The position numbers were made by a program, and so were the translations under genes. Positions 47,365 through 57,626 of a stretch of DNA of 64,000 nt are shown piece after piece. Location of the stretch: the NCBI GenBank assembly GCA_965658655.1, contig CBFHTA010000002.1, positions 1 through 64,000 on the forward strand, given 5' to 3'. Each line of letters begins with the position of its first letter. Positions within the stretch are counted from its first letter, which is position 1. The notes under the pieces were generated by a model. It worked only from the letters and a program-made list of their open reading frames with translations. It was not told the origin of the DNA and searched no databases. The stretch is from Candidatus Babelota bacterium. GTDB lineage: Bacteria > Babelota > Babeliae > Babelales > CAIQNR01.

Positions 47365-47733
47365 ATGAAAAAGTTTTTATTATTGACGCTAATATTATTT
47401 GGGAGTGTGTTTGCCAATATGAAACAAAATGCATTTAAAGAAAAGATGATACAAGAAGCCGAAAAGGAAATGTTTTGTGCTGAAAAAGATTTAAACAAAT
47501 CTCGAATAAAAAGATCTTTAGTGGCCACTTTTGGACTGTTGCTTATGATAGCATCTCTAGATAGTCATTTAAAGAATCATGATAATATTACGGGGCCAGT
47601 TTTGATGGGTCTAGTGGGTCTAGGAAATAGTCTTTTTCGATTTGAGCTAGAGTGGTTTATAAATAAGAAAAGTTATAGTAATGCAAATCGAGCTTTAATC
47701 AATGTTTTACGTAAAGTTGATGAGCAAAAATAA
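47365..47733 (+). CDS. Hypothetical protein, signal peptide plus two hydrophobic segments
   Basis: MKKFLLLTLILFGSVFA leader. Confidence 0.7.
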   Translation: MKKFLLLTLILFGSVFANMKQNAFKEKMIQEAEKEMFCAEKDLNKSRIKRSLVATFGLLLMIASLDSHLKNHDNITGPVLMGLVGLGNSLFRFELEWFINKKSYSNANRALINVLRKVDEQK

Positions 47734-47790
47734 TTATTGTTATAAGGTTATTTAAGAAGACCAGTTTTAGGGTTGCACCCGACTTTTTTA

Positions 47791-47988
47791 AAATAGAGAT
47801 CTCTACGGTTGAAGCGCCTAAGCAAAAATTAGACAATTCTATTTTAGTTCATTGCGCTCAACCAATAAGTTTATCTGAGCTTATTCAAAAAACAGGCTTA
47901 GAAGAAAACAAGCTTAAACAGGATCTTTTTGATCTTCAATTAGATGGTGAAATACAGCAAGACTTTGCCGGCTTATGGCAAGTGGTTA
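47791..47988 (+). repeat. Second copy of dprA 3' end (near-identical to 46851-47050)
   Basis: aaatagagatctctacggttgaagcgcctaagc...gatcttcaattagatgg, offset 940 bp. Confidence 0.95.
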
Positions 47989-48076
47989 AAACCTTGAAAT
48001 CCCACTCTAGTTGAGTTATTTCTCTTTTTTTGCTATAATTTTATAAGTTTAAATTAAATGACTTCTGGGGGTTGTT

Positions 48077-48469
48077 GTGAAACAAAAACTTATACTTTAT
48101 ATTTTTTCGAGTTTATTTTTAGGGTTGCACCCAAGTAATTCTTTTTTTGATAATGAGTTGAGTCGTACAGAAAAATATATTTCATTTTTAAAGTATAAAG
48201 AGTCGCAGCTAAGAGAAAAAGAGAAAGGAATTAAAACAAATTTAATGTTGCAATTCCAAAAAAACTTACAAAATATTACTATGGGGCCACCGAGACAATT
48301 AGGTTTAGTAAGGATGATTAGTTTAGCTTCTTTTTTAGTGAATTATGTGCCGGCTACTGTGCATTTAAGTTTGACTTATACTGATAACAAGACCACTCAA
48401 AAAGAGTTGTCTACCTGTAAAAATTACTCTGACATGCTTAAATCATTAAATAAATCTTTTATTGCATAA
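48077..48469 (+). CDS. Hypothetical protein with signal peptide (GTG start)
   Basis: Preceded by gctataat and ggggg SD-like motif, as for 47134. Confidence 0.7.
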   Translation: MKQKLILYIFSSLFLGLHPSNSFFDNELSRTEKYISFLKYKESQLREKEKGIKTNLMLQFQKNLQNITMGPPRQLGLVRMISLASFLVNYVPATVHLSLTYTDNKTTQKELSTCKNYSDMLKSLNKSFIA

Positions 48470-48485
48470 GTTGGAAATTTTTTGC

Positions 48486-48723
48486 TTAGAAGAGTTTGGA
48501 GCTTAAGAGGAGGTTTTGGAGCAAATAGAGATCTCTAGGTTTGAAGCTCCTAAGGCAAAAGCAGACAATTCTATTTTTAGTTCACTGGGTTCAACTTATA
48601 AGTCAGTCTTGACTCATTTAAAAAACAGTCTTAAAAGAAAGTAAGCTTAAACAGGATCTTTTTGATCTTCAATTGGATGGTAAAATACAGCACGACTCCG
48701 CAGGTTTATGGCAGCTTACTTGA
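48486..48723 (+). pseudogene. Third, more decayed copy of dprA 3' end (cf. 46814-47050)
   Basis: ttagaagagtttggagc...aagcttaaacaggatctttttgatcttcaattggatgg, with indels and substitutions. Confidence 0.9.
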
Positions 48724-48832
48724 AGCCCTTTGTTTTTTTGCCTTTTCCGTTTATTTTGCTATAATTATCCTATCTATTAGGCGCCTAAGGCGTCATTTCT
48801 ATTAAAGATTTTAGGCTACCAAGGAGTTTGTC

Positions 48833-49126
48833 ATGCCAGTACCAAAGAGAAAAAGATCTCGTCAGAGAAGAGATAAGCGTTTTGCTAACAAAGGCGTTAA
48901 AGTTCGTTCTATTTCAAGCTGTACCAACTGTTCAGAAGCTGTGTCTTCTCATACAGCGTGTATGTCTTGTGGATTTTATAAAGGCCGCAAAGTGTTAGCT
49001 ACTAAGTCTGACCGTTCAGTTCGACGTGCAGATGAGCGCAAAGAAAAAGAAGGAAAACAAGAAGCATTACGACAAAAGCTTGAAGCTCAAGCAGCTCCAA
49101 TTGAAGAGCCAAAAAAAGCTGAGTAA
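48833..49126 (+). CDS. rpmF: 50S ribosomal protein L32 with C-terminal extension
   Basis: MPVPKRKRSR, CTNC...HTACMSCGFYKGR. Confidence 0.95.
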   Translation: MPVPKRKRSRQRRDKRFANKGVKVRSISSCTNCSEAVSSHTACMSCGFYKGRKVLATKSDRSVRRADERKEKEGKQEALRQKLEAQAAPIEEPKKAE

Positions 49127-49173
49127 TCTTTTGTTTGAGTAGTATGAAGAAAAAACTATAGAGATCGTTCGTA

Positions 49174-49875
49174 GTGAGGATGAGCATGATACAAGCATTA
49201 GTCAAAGATTGGTACCGCGAAATTGTTGAAGATAAGTATTCACTTGCTTTAACCGTAGTAATAATTTGTGGTGGCGCCTATTGGGGTGGTAGCGAGTTAC
49301 GTTTGCGCTACAAAAAACACGTGGGTGGAAAATCACAGATTGTTGTTGCAGAAGCGATAGAAGAGTATGACAAAGCTTTATATAACCATCTTGAAAAAGA
49401 GGGTGGACAAGAACTTGCGTCGCAACAATTTGATGATGTTCAAATTGGTTTTGATACTATTTTAAAACAACATAGTGGTTCTTCGTTGGTTCCGTATGCT
49501 CTTTCGTTTCAAGCAGATACGTTTGCTTTAAAGGGTGACTTTAAACAAGCGCTTATTACTTTAGAGGATGGTATTAAAAAAATGTCTTCTTCTGCTCCTG
49601 GTTATTACTTACTCAAAACTAAATATGCGCTTTTACAACTTGATGCTCAACAAGAAACAGAAGGTGTTGCCTTACTGCGTGAACTTGCTTTTAATTCAAG
49701 TAATCCAACGTTTGATACAGCTGCCTTTTTCTTAGGTTACTACTACTGGGCTAAGCACGATAAAGATAAAGCTCGTGATGCTTGGAAGCAACTAGAAACA
49801 ACAGAAAATAGTAAGTCTAAAAAGGGTGCATCTCCTTGGTTGCAAGCGGTAAAAGAAAAGCTTCAAAACGTTTAG
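49174..49875 (+). CDS. YfgM-like membrane-anchored TPR protein
   Basis: N-terminal TM helix followed by TPR-like helices. Confidence 0.65.
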   Translation: MRMSMIQALVKDWYREIVEDKYSLALTVVIICGGAYWGGSELRLRYKKHVGGKSQIVVAEAIEEYDKALYNHLEKEGGQELASQQFDDVQIGFDTILKQHSGSSLVPYALSFQADTFALKGDFKQALITLEDGIKKMSSSAPGYYLLKTKYALLQLDAQQETEGVALLRELAFNSSNPTFDTAAFFLGYYYWAKHDKDKARDAWKQLETTENSKSKKGASPWLQAVKEKLQNV

Positions 49876-49884
49876 GAATACGTA

Positions 49885-51306
49885 GTGGCAGATACTAATG
49901 TGCGAGTAAGGTTTGCGCCTTCTCCTACGGGAAATCTTCATGTGGGCGGTCTACGGACGGCCCTTTTTAATTGGTTATTCGCAAAACATAATAATGGTAT
50001 GTTCTTAATTCGTGTAGAAGATACAGATAAAGAACGCTCTAAAGTAGAACACATGCACGCGCAACTTCAAGCGCTTGATTGGGTTGGTATTAAGAGTGAC
50101 GAAAAACCGTTATTGCAATCTGAACGTTCTGAAGTTTATAACAAAATCCTTGTACAGCTATTGGAAGAAAAAAAGATCTATCGTTGCACCTGTAGGCCAG
50201 AAGAAATCGAAGAACGGGTTCGTGCAGCGGGTATTACCGGAGATCATTATGGTTACGATAGTTTTTGTCGAGATAAAGATCGTCAAGGGCATAGAGATAG
50301 ACCATCGGTACTTCGCTTTGCACTTCCAGAAGCTTTTAATGAACTTACCATTAACGATCTTATTCGTGGCAAAGTAACGTTCAAGCGTGAACAGTTAGAT
50401 GACTTTATTATTGTTCGTTCAGATGGCAGTCCAACGTATAACTTTGTGGTAGTTGTTGACGATTATGCTTCAGGTATTTCGCATGTTATTCGTGGAGAAG
50501 ACCATCTTTCTAATACACCTAAACAGATTTTATTGTATGAAGCATGTGGGTACGATTTGCCTAAGTTTGCTCATATCCCGATGATTCTAGGGCCAGAGGG
50601 AAACAGGTTGAGTAAGCGTGATGGTGCAGTTAATGTGCTTGCCTATCGTGAGGCTGGGTATTTACCTGATGCACTCTTGAATTACATGGTTCGTCTTGGG
50701 TGGTCACATGGCGATAAAGAGATTTTTACAAATCAAGAATTAATAGATTTATTCTCACTTAAAGCGGTAGGAAAAAAGGCTGCTATTTTTGATTATGCAA
50801 AATTAGAGTGGGTTAACAGCGTGTACATGCAAGAAGCATCTAGTAGTTCTTTGCTAGAGGTTATTGCAGAATATATTGACCTAGAGTGGCGTAATAAGGT
50901 ACAACAATGGACTGATGCACAGATTGCACAAGCCATTGAAATGTATAAAGGACGTGTAAAAACAGTCGGCCATCTCGCTCAAGTATTAGTTGAACTTTAC
51001 AACGGTCCATCTGAATATGCTAAAGAGGATATTGGTAAGTGGATGACAACCACCGCATGCGGATTGCTTGATCGTTTGATCCTTGTTCTAGAAGAGTATG
51101 ATTTTGAAAAAGAGTCTCTTAAAGAAGTGGTAAAAGCATTTTGCAAAGAGCACGAAATAAAGTTGGTAGTTATTGCACAACCAACTCGCATAGCGCTTAC
51201 CGGCGGTACTATGAGCCCAGGGGTATTTGACCTGCTTATTTTGTTCGGTAAAGAAGAAAGTATTACACGCCTTAAAGCTTTACAGAGGTTTTTAGAAAAA
51301 AAATAA
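49885..51306 (+). CDS. gltX: Glutamate-tRNA ligase
   Basis: RFAPSPTGNLHVGG, IRGEDH, RLSKRDG. Confidence 0.97.
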   Translation: MADTNVRVRFAPSPTGNLHVGGLRTALFNWLFAKHNNGMFLIRVEDTDKERSKVEHMHAQLQALDWVGIKSDEKPLLQSERSEVYNKILVQLLEEKKIYRCTCRPEEIEERVRAAGITGDHYGYDSFCRDKDRQGHRDRPSVLRFALPEAFNELTINDLIRGKVTFKREQLDDFIIVRSDGSPTYNFVVVVDDYASGISHVIRGEDHLSNTPKQILLYEACGYDLPKFAHIPMILGPEGNRLSKRDGAVNVLAYREAGYLPDALLNYMVRLGWSHGDKEIFTNQELIDLFSLKAVGKKAAIFDYAKLEWVNSVYMQEASSSSLLEVIAEYIDLEWRNKVQQWTDAQIAQAIEMYKGRVKTVGHLAQVLVELYNGPSEYAKEDIGKWMTTTACGLLDRLILVLEEYDFEKESLKEVVKAFCKEHEIKLVVIAQPTRIALTGGTMSPGVFDLLILFGKEESITRLKALQRFLEKK

Positions 51307-51324
51307 AAAGAAGAGGAGAGGGGC

Positions 51325-52284
51325 ATGAGAGTAGGGATGGTCTTTTCTGGGTATGGATCTCAATTTGTTGGTATGGGGAAAGAATTGTACGATGGATCTC
51401 GTCCAGTTCAAGAAATTTTTGAAGAGGCAGCAAGTTGTCTTGACACTAATTTTGTAAAATTATGTTTTGCATCCTCAGATGCTGATATCAAAAAAATAGA
51501 AAATGCGTATGTAACATTGTTTATAGTGGGTACGGCTATTGCTCAGGTACTTAAAGATGCGGGAGTAGAACCGGCTAAAGTTGCTGGCTATGATATGGGC
51601 GAATATACCGCAGTGGCAACTATTAATGGTATCAGTAATCCTGATGCGCTTTATTTATTAAAAAAATATGCAACACTTTTTCAGGCTTTGATAGACGAAA
51701 ATAAGTATTCTTTAGTACGCATTACCGGAATGAAGGAAGCTGAAGTCAAAGGCTTTTGTATGCAAGTTACAGGAGGTCAAGAGCGAGCAGATATTGCGGT
51801 GTATGAAACAGAAGAAAGTTTTGTGGTATCAGGAACTACAGAAGCAATGCAAGAACTTACTGAGGCAATAAAGAAAAAAAAAGGTGTGAAAATAAAAATA
51901 CTCGATGCCGGGGCAGGGCTTCATTCTCCTGTGATGGATGACATTGTTAAAAACGTAAAAATGTATCTGGAAAAAGTTGATTTTAAAGATACAAAAGTTC
52001 CGTTTATTAGTGGTGTTATTGCAGAACCATTGCAAACCGGAGAAACGATTCGAGCGTCGCTTATGCAACATATTCATGCACCTACACAATGGGCCAAAGT
52101 AATGCAGCTCTTTAAAGATTGCGATATTATTTTAGAAATTGGTCCAGGCGAGCATTTGCAAGACCTTTTGAAACAGGTTTATCCTGATAAAAAAATCTAT
52201 CGAGTCTTGACTCCCGAGGATGTTAAGCAAGTACAAGCAGACATGGGAATAGAGGTTAAGCCGAGCGTTTCTGAAGAAGATTAA
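51325..52284 (+). CDS. FabD (malonyl-CoA:ACP transacylase)-like protein lacking catalytic Ser
   Basis: FSGYGSQFVGMGKELY, AGYDMGEYTA (cf. AGHSLGEY), GLHSPVM, LEIGPG. Confidence 0.85.
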   Translation: MRVGMVFSGYGSQFVGMGKELYDGSRPVQEIFEEAASCLDTNFVKLCFASSDADIKKIENAYVTLFIVGTAIAQVLKDAGVEPAKVAGYDMGEYTAVATINGISNPDALYLLKKYATLFQALIDENKYSLVRITGMKEAEVKGFCMQVTGGQERADIAVYETEESFVVSGTTEAMQELTEAIKKKKGVKIKILDAGAGLHSPVMDDIVKNVKMYLEKVDFKDTKVPFISGVIAEPLQTGETIRASLMQHIHAPTQWAKVMQLFKDCDIILEIGPGEHLQDLLKQVYPDKKIYRVLTPEDVKQVQADMGIEVKPSVSEED

Positions 52285-52487
52285 TAGTTAGTTATTTATA
52301 AGTCATCCTGATTGATACATCCGTTTAATGGTGTTCACTTAGGGTGGCTTTTTTTATTACATTTATATCACTTGGAATGAACTAGATAGTGTTGTTTGAT
52401 TACATAAGAAAGCATTAGGTTTATCTCGAGTGTTTTTTTATAAAAGTAACGTCAACGAATTATACTATAATCATTACAATTGAGCAG

Positions 52488-52520
52488 CAAAAAAGGCCCG
52501 GAATTTCCGAGCCTTTTTTT
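52488..52520 (-). terminator. Intrinsic terminator (probably bidirectional)
   Basis: aaaaaaggcccgga-att-tccgagccttttttt. Confidence 0.8.
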
Positions 52521-52560
52521 AGTACTAGCTAAAGTCTACTAAGGTTTTACTACTATAACC

Positions 52561-54111
52561 TTAGACTGAGAAGTTGAATTGGAAACCAACACTCCAACGA
52601 TCGAATGTGTTGTTGTCTCCACCAGCGATGTGGTATGAACCGAGCATACCTACGCCTGGGTTCCACTCGTTGTCAGACCAGTTGTAGTTTAGTCCAGCGA
52701 ACAAAGTATGTTCTACAGCAGCTTTCATAAGAGCTGAGTCTGTAACCAAACGGTCGTTAGTAATCCAGTTAGCATTACCAGCACCAGCAGTTACATTAGT
52801 CATGCCTGTTGTGTTACCATCGATTTGAATTTTGCTAGCGAATGTAGCGTTACTCATGTTGTTAGTAGTGAAGTCATAAAGACCGTATGTATCAGCTGCA
52901 ATAGTATCTACAAATTCTTTGTGTTTTTCTTTGCCGTGTCCAGCAACTTGGTAACCAAAGTCTAGAGATACATTGCCCATTTGCCAGCAGAAAGTAATGT
53001 TTCCGTTGTAAACAACATCAACACCAATTTTTGCTTTTACTGTACCAACGTTAATCATGTTGTCTAATGTACCAGGACCACTAGTAAAGGCTGTAGCACT
53101 AGAGAACTTCTTAACAAGTAAGTAACGTGAGAAATCACCACAATCGGTAACATCGTAAGAACGTACTTGTTCGTTGTCAAACAAGTGAGCTGCGTGGAAA
53201 GTCATGTTTGCTACAAGTTGGTGCTCGTCATCTTTATCCCAAAGACGTGCGCCACCTTCTAGAGTACCACCAACACCGAAGCGACCTGCGTAACCAATGA
53301 TTGGTTCGAACATGTACTCAGCTTTGGTTTTTCCACCACCGCCAAGAACACCTGTAACACCAAGACCTAAGTGGCAGTGTTCTTTGTTGATGAAGTTGTA
53401 ACCAAGAGTAACGGTAGAGTCACCAAGTCTGGTTTCTGTTTGCTTACCATCGATTTTACCGTAAGACCACTTTACAGTGTCTGCAACAGTTTTATCACCT
53501 TTAAATGCAGCAATAGCGTCTGCATATGGTTTGTTAGCAATAACAACAGCATTAGTTTCGTCGTAAATATCACCCGCTACAAGGTTAGTTGCACCAAAAG
53601 CAGCTTTGTTGGTTTCTGTTAGTTCAATTTCCCAACGTGCATTTTGCAATGGCATGTGACTTCTGAAGTAAAGACCATCAAGCCATTCAGCTAAATCAAC
53701 ATACATACCAAAATCAATAACTAGATCTTGTGCTTTAGGTGCGAATTGAAGTTCAGCTTTGAAGTCGTTACCTAAAATCAAGTTAAGACCAGAAACTTCA
53801 GTATCATTCAGTGCACCTGTAGTATTTGCAGGTCCAATAATAAGAGTGTCGTTTCCGCCTGGAATTAAGTATTTACCGATTTCGCTACGCTTATTGTTAG
53901 CGCCGTATTCTAATTGAACTTTGAAGCAAGCTCTTAGCTCATCAGAATCGTGTTGATAAATAGAACCACTCCAGCCAACATTGCTAGAAGCTGTTCCTGT
54001 CATTGAAACTGGCATGAAGACAGATCGTCCACCAGTTGTTGCATCCGCGTTAACAGCCGCAACACTGAATAGCATTGCAATTGCCAACAAATTTATTTTC
54101 AAGAATTTCAT
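52561..54111 (-). CDS. Putative major outer-membrane beta-barrel protein
   Basis: Signal ...AAVNA; terminal amphipathic strand WSVGFQFNFSV; AAGGAG SD; strongly biased codons. Confidence 0.72.
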   Translation of the reverse strand: MKFLKINLLAIAMLFSVAAVNADATTGGRSVFMPVSMTGTASSNVGWSGSIYQHDSDELRACFKVQLEYGANNKRSEIGKYLIPGGNDTLIIGPANTTGALNDTEVSGLNLILGNDFKAELQFAPKAQDLVIDFGMYVDLAEWLDGLYFRSHMPLQNARWEIELTETNKAAFGATNLVAGDIYDETNAVVIANKPYADAIAAFKGDKTVADTVKWSYGKIDGKQTETRLGDSTVTLGYNFINKEHCHLGLGVTGVLGGGGKTKAEYMFEPIIGYAGRFGVGGTLEGGARLWDKDDEHQLVANMTFHAAHLFDNEQVRSYDVTDCGDFSRYLLVKKFSSATAFTSGPGTLDNMINVGTVKAKIGVDVVYNGNITFCWQMGNVSLDFGYQVAGHGKEKHKEFVDTIAADTYGLYDFTTNNMSNATFASKIQIDGNTTGMTNVTAGAGNANWITNDRLVTDSALMKAAVEHTLFAGLNYNWSDNEWNPGVGMLGSYHIAGGDNNTFDRWSVGFQFNFSV

Positions 54112-54482
54112 TTATTTTACTCCTTTTCAGATCCATATATTGGATTGAAATGTATCACCACAACAGTTAGTGTAAATTGCGAAGAATGTTTTTGAATTCT
54201 TCATTAACTTTGTCTTACGCTTTTTTTTTGCTTCCTCCTTTCGTAAGCTTCATTTAGTCTTCTTTAACTTTTTTTTTTACTCTTCTAGCCTTCTTAGGCA
54301 TCTCTTTCAAGCACACGCTAATACATTTCACTATACAAGTCAACTCTTTCCGTTTTAGGTGTCGACTCATTTCAACTTACTCATTATACTCACGTGAAGT
54401 TTAAAGTGTAAAGAATTTATATTGTACATATTTGCTTTACGCTGTTGTTTAGCATCTTACAAAATTATAAAAGGTCTTTGCA

Positions 54483-55280
54483 ATGCAGTTTTTCTATCTT
54501 TGGGCGTTTCTTCAAATTGTTCTTGAGTCTCTGCCGGTCAGTAGTTCGGGCAACGTTTATTTGTGGATTTCGACTTTTCACTCTGTTTTAAATTTTAATT
54601 TTTTGCCAGCAATAAATACGTTAGAGTTTGATTTTCTTTTGCATGGTCCTACCATTTTAATTGTTACTCTTTACTTTTTAGAGAGTTGGGTAAGCGCTCT
54701 CAGAGGGTATTTGAAGGGGGCGGGTGGAGCGGCTTCACTCTTGCTTTATTGTGCATGGGCTGATTTTCTTACTGCGGTTTGGTACGCAGTTTTTAAAGCA
54801 GTTGGAAAAAGTTGGTTTCCCTTATCTGTAGGTTTTTTTGTAACAAGTGTTGCGTTGCTTTCGTTACAGTGGTTGCCAAAAAAGGTTGCTTGTGAAAATG
54901 AAACGTTGTCTTTGTATCATGCAACTTTACTAGGCATGTTTCAGGGAATTGCTTTGCTTCCGGGGCTTTCTCGATTTGGCATAACGTATGTTGTAGCTCG
55001 TCATGCGCAGTATAGTTCGGAAAGTGCTTTTAGGTATTCGTTCTTGTTGCAAATGCCTTTGATTGGTGCTGCATTTTTAAAAGGTTGTTACTCATTTTAT
55101 TATTTTGAATATAAGGCCCAATTATTGCATCCATTGTTCGGTTTAACTATTCTGACAAGTACCATTCTTTCTTACTTTGCACTTGTTTGGGTTGGCATGT
55201 TGGTAAGAAAAAATCAGGTATATCTGTTTGGGTGGTATGTAATAGGATTAGCCGGATTGGCTGTAATGATAGGGAAGTAA
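54483..55280 (+). CDS. uppP: Undecaprenyl-diphosphate phosphatase
   Basis: ESLPVSSSG, QGIALLPGLSRFG, AFRYSFLL; multi-TM. Confidence 0.88.
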   Translation: MQFFYLWAFLQIVLESLPVSSSGNVYLWISTFHSVLNFNFLPAINTLEFDFLLHGPTILIVTLYFLESWVSALRGYLKGAGGAASLLLYCAWADFLTAVWYAVFKAVGKSWFPLSVGFFVTSVALLSLQWLPKKVACENETLSLYHATLLGMFQGIALLPGLSRFGITYVVARHAQYSSESAFRYSFLLQMPLIGAAFLKGCYSFYYFEYKAQLLHPLFGLTILTSTILSYFALVWVGMLVRKNQVYLFGWYVIGLAGLAVMIGK

Positions 55281-55328
55281 AATTGCGCTCTAGCTGCGGC
55301 TACGGCGGATGATAGTAAAGGAGAAAGT

Positions 55329-57626
55329 ATGGCGCGTTATTCAAGACGAAATACACCGTTAAGTTCTTATGTTGATGTAGAAAAAGTAGTTGCTGTTTTG
55401 TGCGCGTTGTCGGCAGTGTTGGTTGCTGTTGCCCTTGGAACCTTCAATCCTCATGACGCTTCTTGGTTCTATTATTCAAGCAAGGGGGGAGTTGTTCAGA
55501 ATTCTGCAGGTTTTGTGGGTGCTGAGGTCGCTGCGCTTTGTTTTTATCTTTTTGGTACAGTGGCTTACTGTTTAGTTCCTTTTTTGGCGTATTGTGCTTT
55601 TTATGCGTATCGGTATAAAACTATTGAAAAAGAATGGGATCGTTTTGTTGCCTGTGCACTTTCAATCTTTGCTTTCTCAGGATTGTTTCATTGGTACCAT
55701 GCGGGATCAAAACCTTACATGATTGCGGGTGGTTCTGTAGGGCAATTAGTTGCGCAAACACTGGAAGGTTTTTTTGATAAAGTTGGATCCGTTGTGTTTT
55801 TGTACGCTTTTTCTTTAGCCATGATTCTAGTTATTACACGCATGAGCTTTATAGCGTTATTGCGCACTGTAAAAGATTGTTTTGTTTGGTTGTATGACCA
55901 TCGCCATTTGTGGTTGATTCCCATGGTGCGAGTAGTGCAAACGTTGTTTTATGCTATTAAAGTTCCCATTGTATGGACAGTAAAACATTTGTGGGGAGCA
56001 TTGCGGGGCGCTGATGTACAAGAAGCAGATGAATCGGTATTTGCATTTGAACAAGGTGTTGCTGATCAAATAGAAGAAACAGATGAGGCGTTTTGGAATG
56101 ATTATATTCAACGACAGTCACATTCGGGTGTAATGCCTTCTTCTGGAACTGTAGAAGCGCAAGAAGAAGAGGGTGTAGAGAGTGATCCATCTAAGCAAAT
56201 AAAAGCTCGCGTACAACCAACAAAAACAAACACACGTAAAAGTTATGCAGTTCCTTCTTCAGCTTTATTTTCACCATCAAATAAAGAAGCACACTCTGGT
56301 CGTGGAGATGAGAATAAACAGTTAGCCATAACGCTGGAAGAAAAATTAGAGCGGTTTGGAGTGTATGGGAAAGTTGTTTCTATTAAGCCTGGTCCAGTTA
56401 TTACGCTGTTTGAGTATCAACCAGATATTGATGCAAAAGTAAGTAAGATTTTGGCACTTGAGCATGATCTTGCTATGGCATTACAAGCATTGAGTGTGCG
56501 TATTGTGGCACCTATTCCTGGAACAAATAAAGTTGGTTTTGAGGTTGCTAATAAAGAACGAAAAAGTGTACACATGGGAGACATTATTCGATCTTTGGCT
56601 TTTCAGCGATCAAAAGCAATATTGCCGTTAGTGTTAGGTCAAGACACTACTGGAGATACCGTGATTGTTGACCTTCTGGACATGCCTCATTTATTGGTAG
56701 CGGGATCTACTGGGTCGGGTAAATCGGTTGCGCTCAATGCCATGCTTGCCAGTTTGTTATGCAAGTTGCCGCCTGATGAGTTGAAACTTATTATTATTGA
56801 TCCTAAGCGATTAGAATTTGCTGCAATGCACGATATTCCTCATTTGTTGTTTCCTGTAATTACTGAAGCACGTCGTGCTGCTCCAGTGGTTCGTTGGTTG
56901 GTACGCGTTATGGAAGAACGGTACGAGATGATGGCTGCTCAAGGTGTGCGTAGTATTTTTGATTATAAAAAAATGTGCAAGCAAAAGGGGCAACCGGATG
57001 AACTGCCATTTATTGTTATGATTATTGATGAACTTGCAGATCTTATGATGGTTGCAGGCAAAGATATAGAAGATAGTATCGCTCGTCTTGCACAAATGGC
57101 ACGAGCTGCAGGAATTCATTTGATTATTGCAACGCAACGGCCTTCGGTAGATGTGTTAACTGGTGTTATTAAAGTAAACTTTCCAAGCAGAATGTCTTTT
57201 AGGGTAACGTCTAAAGTAGACTCACGAACTATTCTTGATACTGGTGGCGCAGAGAGCTTGTTGGGTAAAGGAGATATGCTCTTTATGAATGCGCAAAGTT
57301 CTCGTATGCGCCGTGTGCATGGAGCATATGTGAGTGATGCTGAAATACATGCAATGGCTAATCATATTCGCGCACAACAAAAGGTTGAGTATACTGATTT
57401 GCAAGAGGCAATATCTGCGTATAAAACAGAAACAGAAGTTGCTGATGAGCCGCTTTTACCAGAAGTTTTGGAATTTTTGAAAACGATAGACGATATCTCT
57501 ATTTCTTCGTTACAACGTCGTTTTAAAATTGGGTATAATCGCTCTGCGCGTTTAATTGAATTGCTCGAGCAGCAGGGTAAGATTATGCCAGCCAGTGGTT
57601 CTAAAATGCGTAAAGTTATTCATTGA
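55329..57626 (+). CDS. ftsK: DNA translocase FtsK
   Basis: 4TM N-terminus, MPHLLVAGSTGSGKS, IIDELADLMM, ATQRPSVDV, gamma domain LQRRFKIGYNRSAR. Confidence 0.97.
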   Translation: MARYSRRNTPLSSYVDVEKVVAVLCALSAVLVAVALGTFNPHDASWFYYSSKGGVVQNSAGFVGAEVAALCFYLFGTVAYCLVPFLAYCAFYAYRYKTIEKEWDRFVACALSIFAFSGLFHWYHAGSKPYMIAGGSVGQLVAQTLEGFFDKVGSVVFLYAFSLAMILVITRMSFIALLRTVKDCFVWLYDHRHLWLIPMVRVVQTLFYAIKVPIVWTVKHLWGALRGADVQEADESVFAFEQGVADQIEETDEAFWNDYIQRQSHSGVMPSSGTVEAQEEEGVESDPSKQIKARVQPTKTNTRKSYAVPSSALFSPSNKEAHSGRGDENKQLAITLEEKLERFGVYGKVVSIKPGPVITLFEYQPDIDAKVSKILALEHDLAMALQALSVRIVAPIPGTNKVGFEVANKERKSVHMGDIIRSLAFQRSKAILPLVLGQDTTGDTVIVDLLDMPHLLVAGSTGSGKSVALNAMLASLLCKLPPDELKLIIIDPKRLEFAAMHDIPHLLFPVITEARRAAPVVRWLVRVMEERYEMMAAQGVRSIFDYKKMCKQKGQPDELPFIVMIIDELADLMMVAGKDIEDSIARLAQMARAAGIHLIIATQRPSVDVLTGVIKVNFPSRMSFRVTSKVDSRTILDTGGAESLLGKGDMLFMNAQSSRMRRVHGAYVSDAEIHAMANHIRAQQKVEYTDLQEAISAYKTETEVADEPLLPEVLEFLKTIDDISISSLQRRFKIGYNRSARLIELLEQQGKIMPASGSKMRKVIH

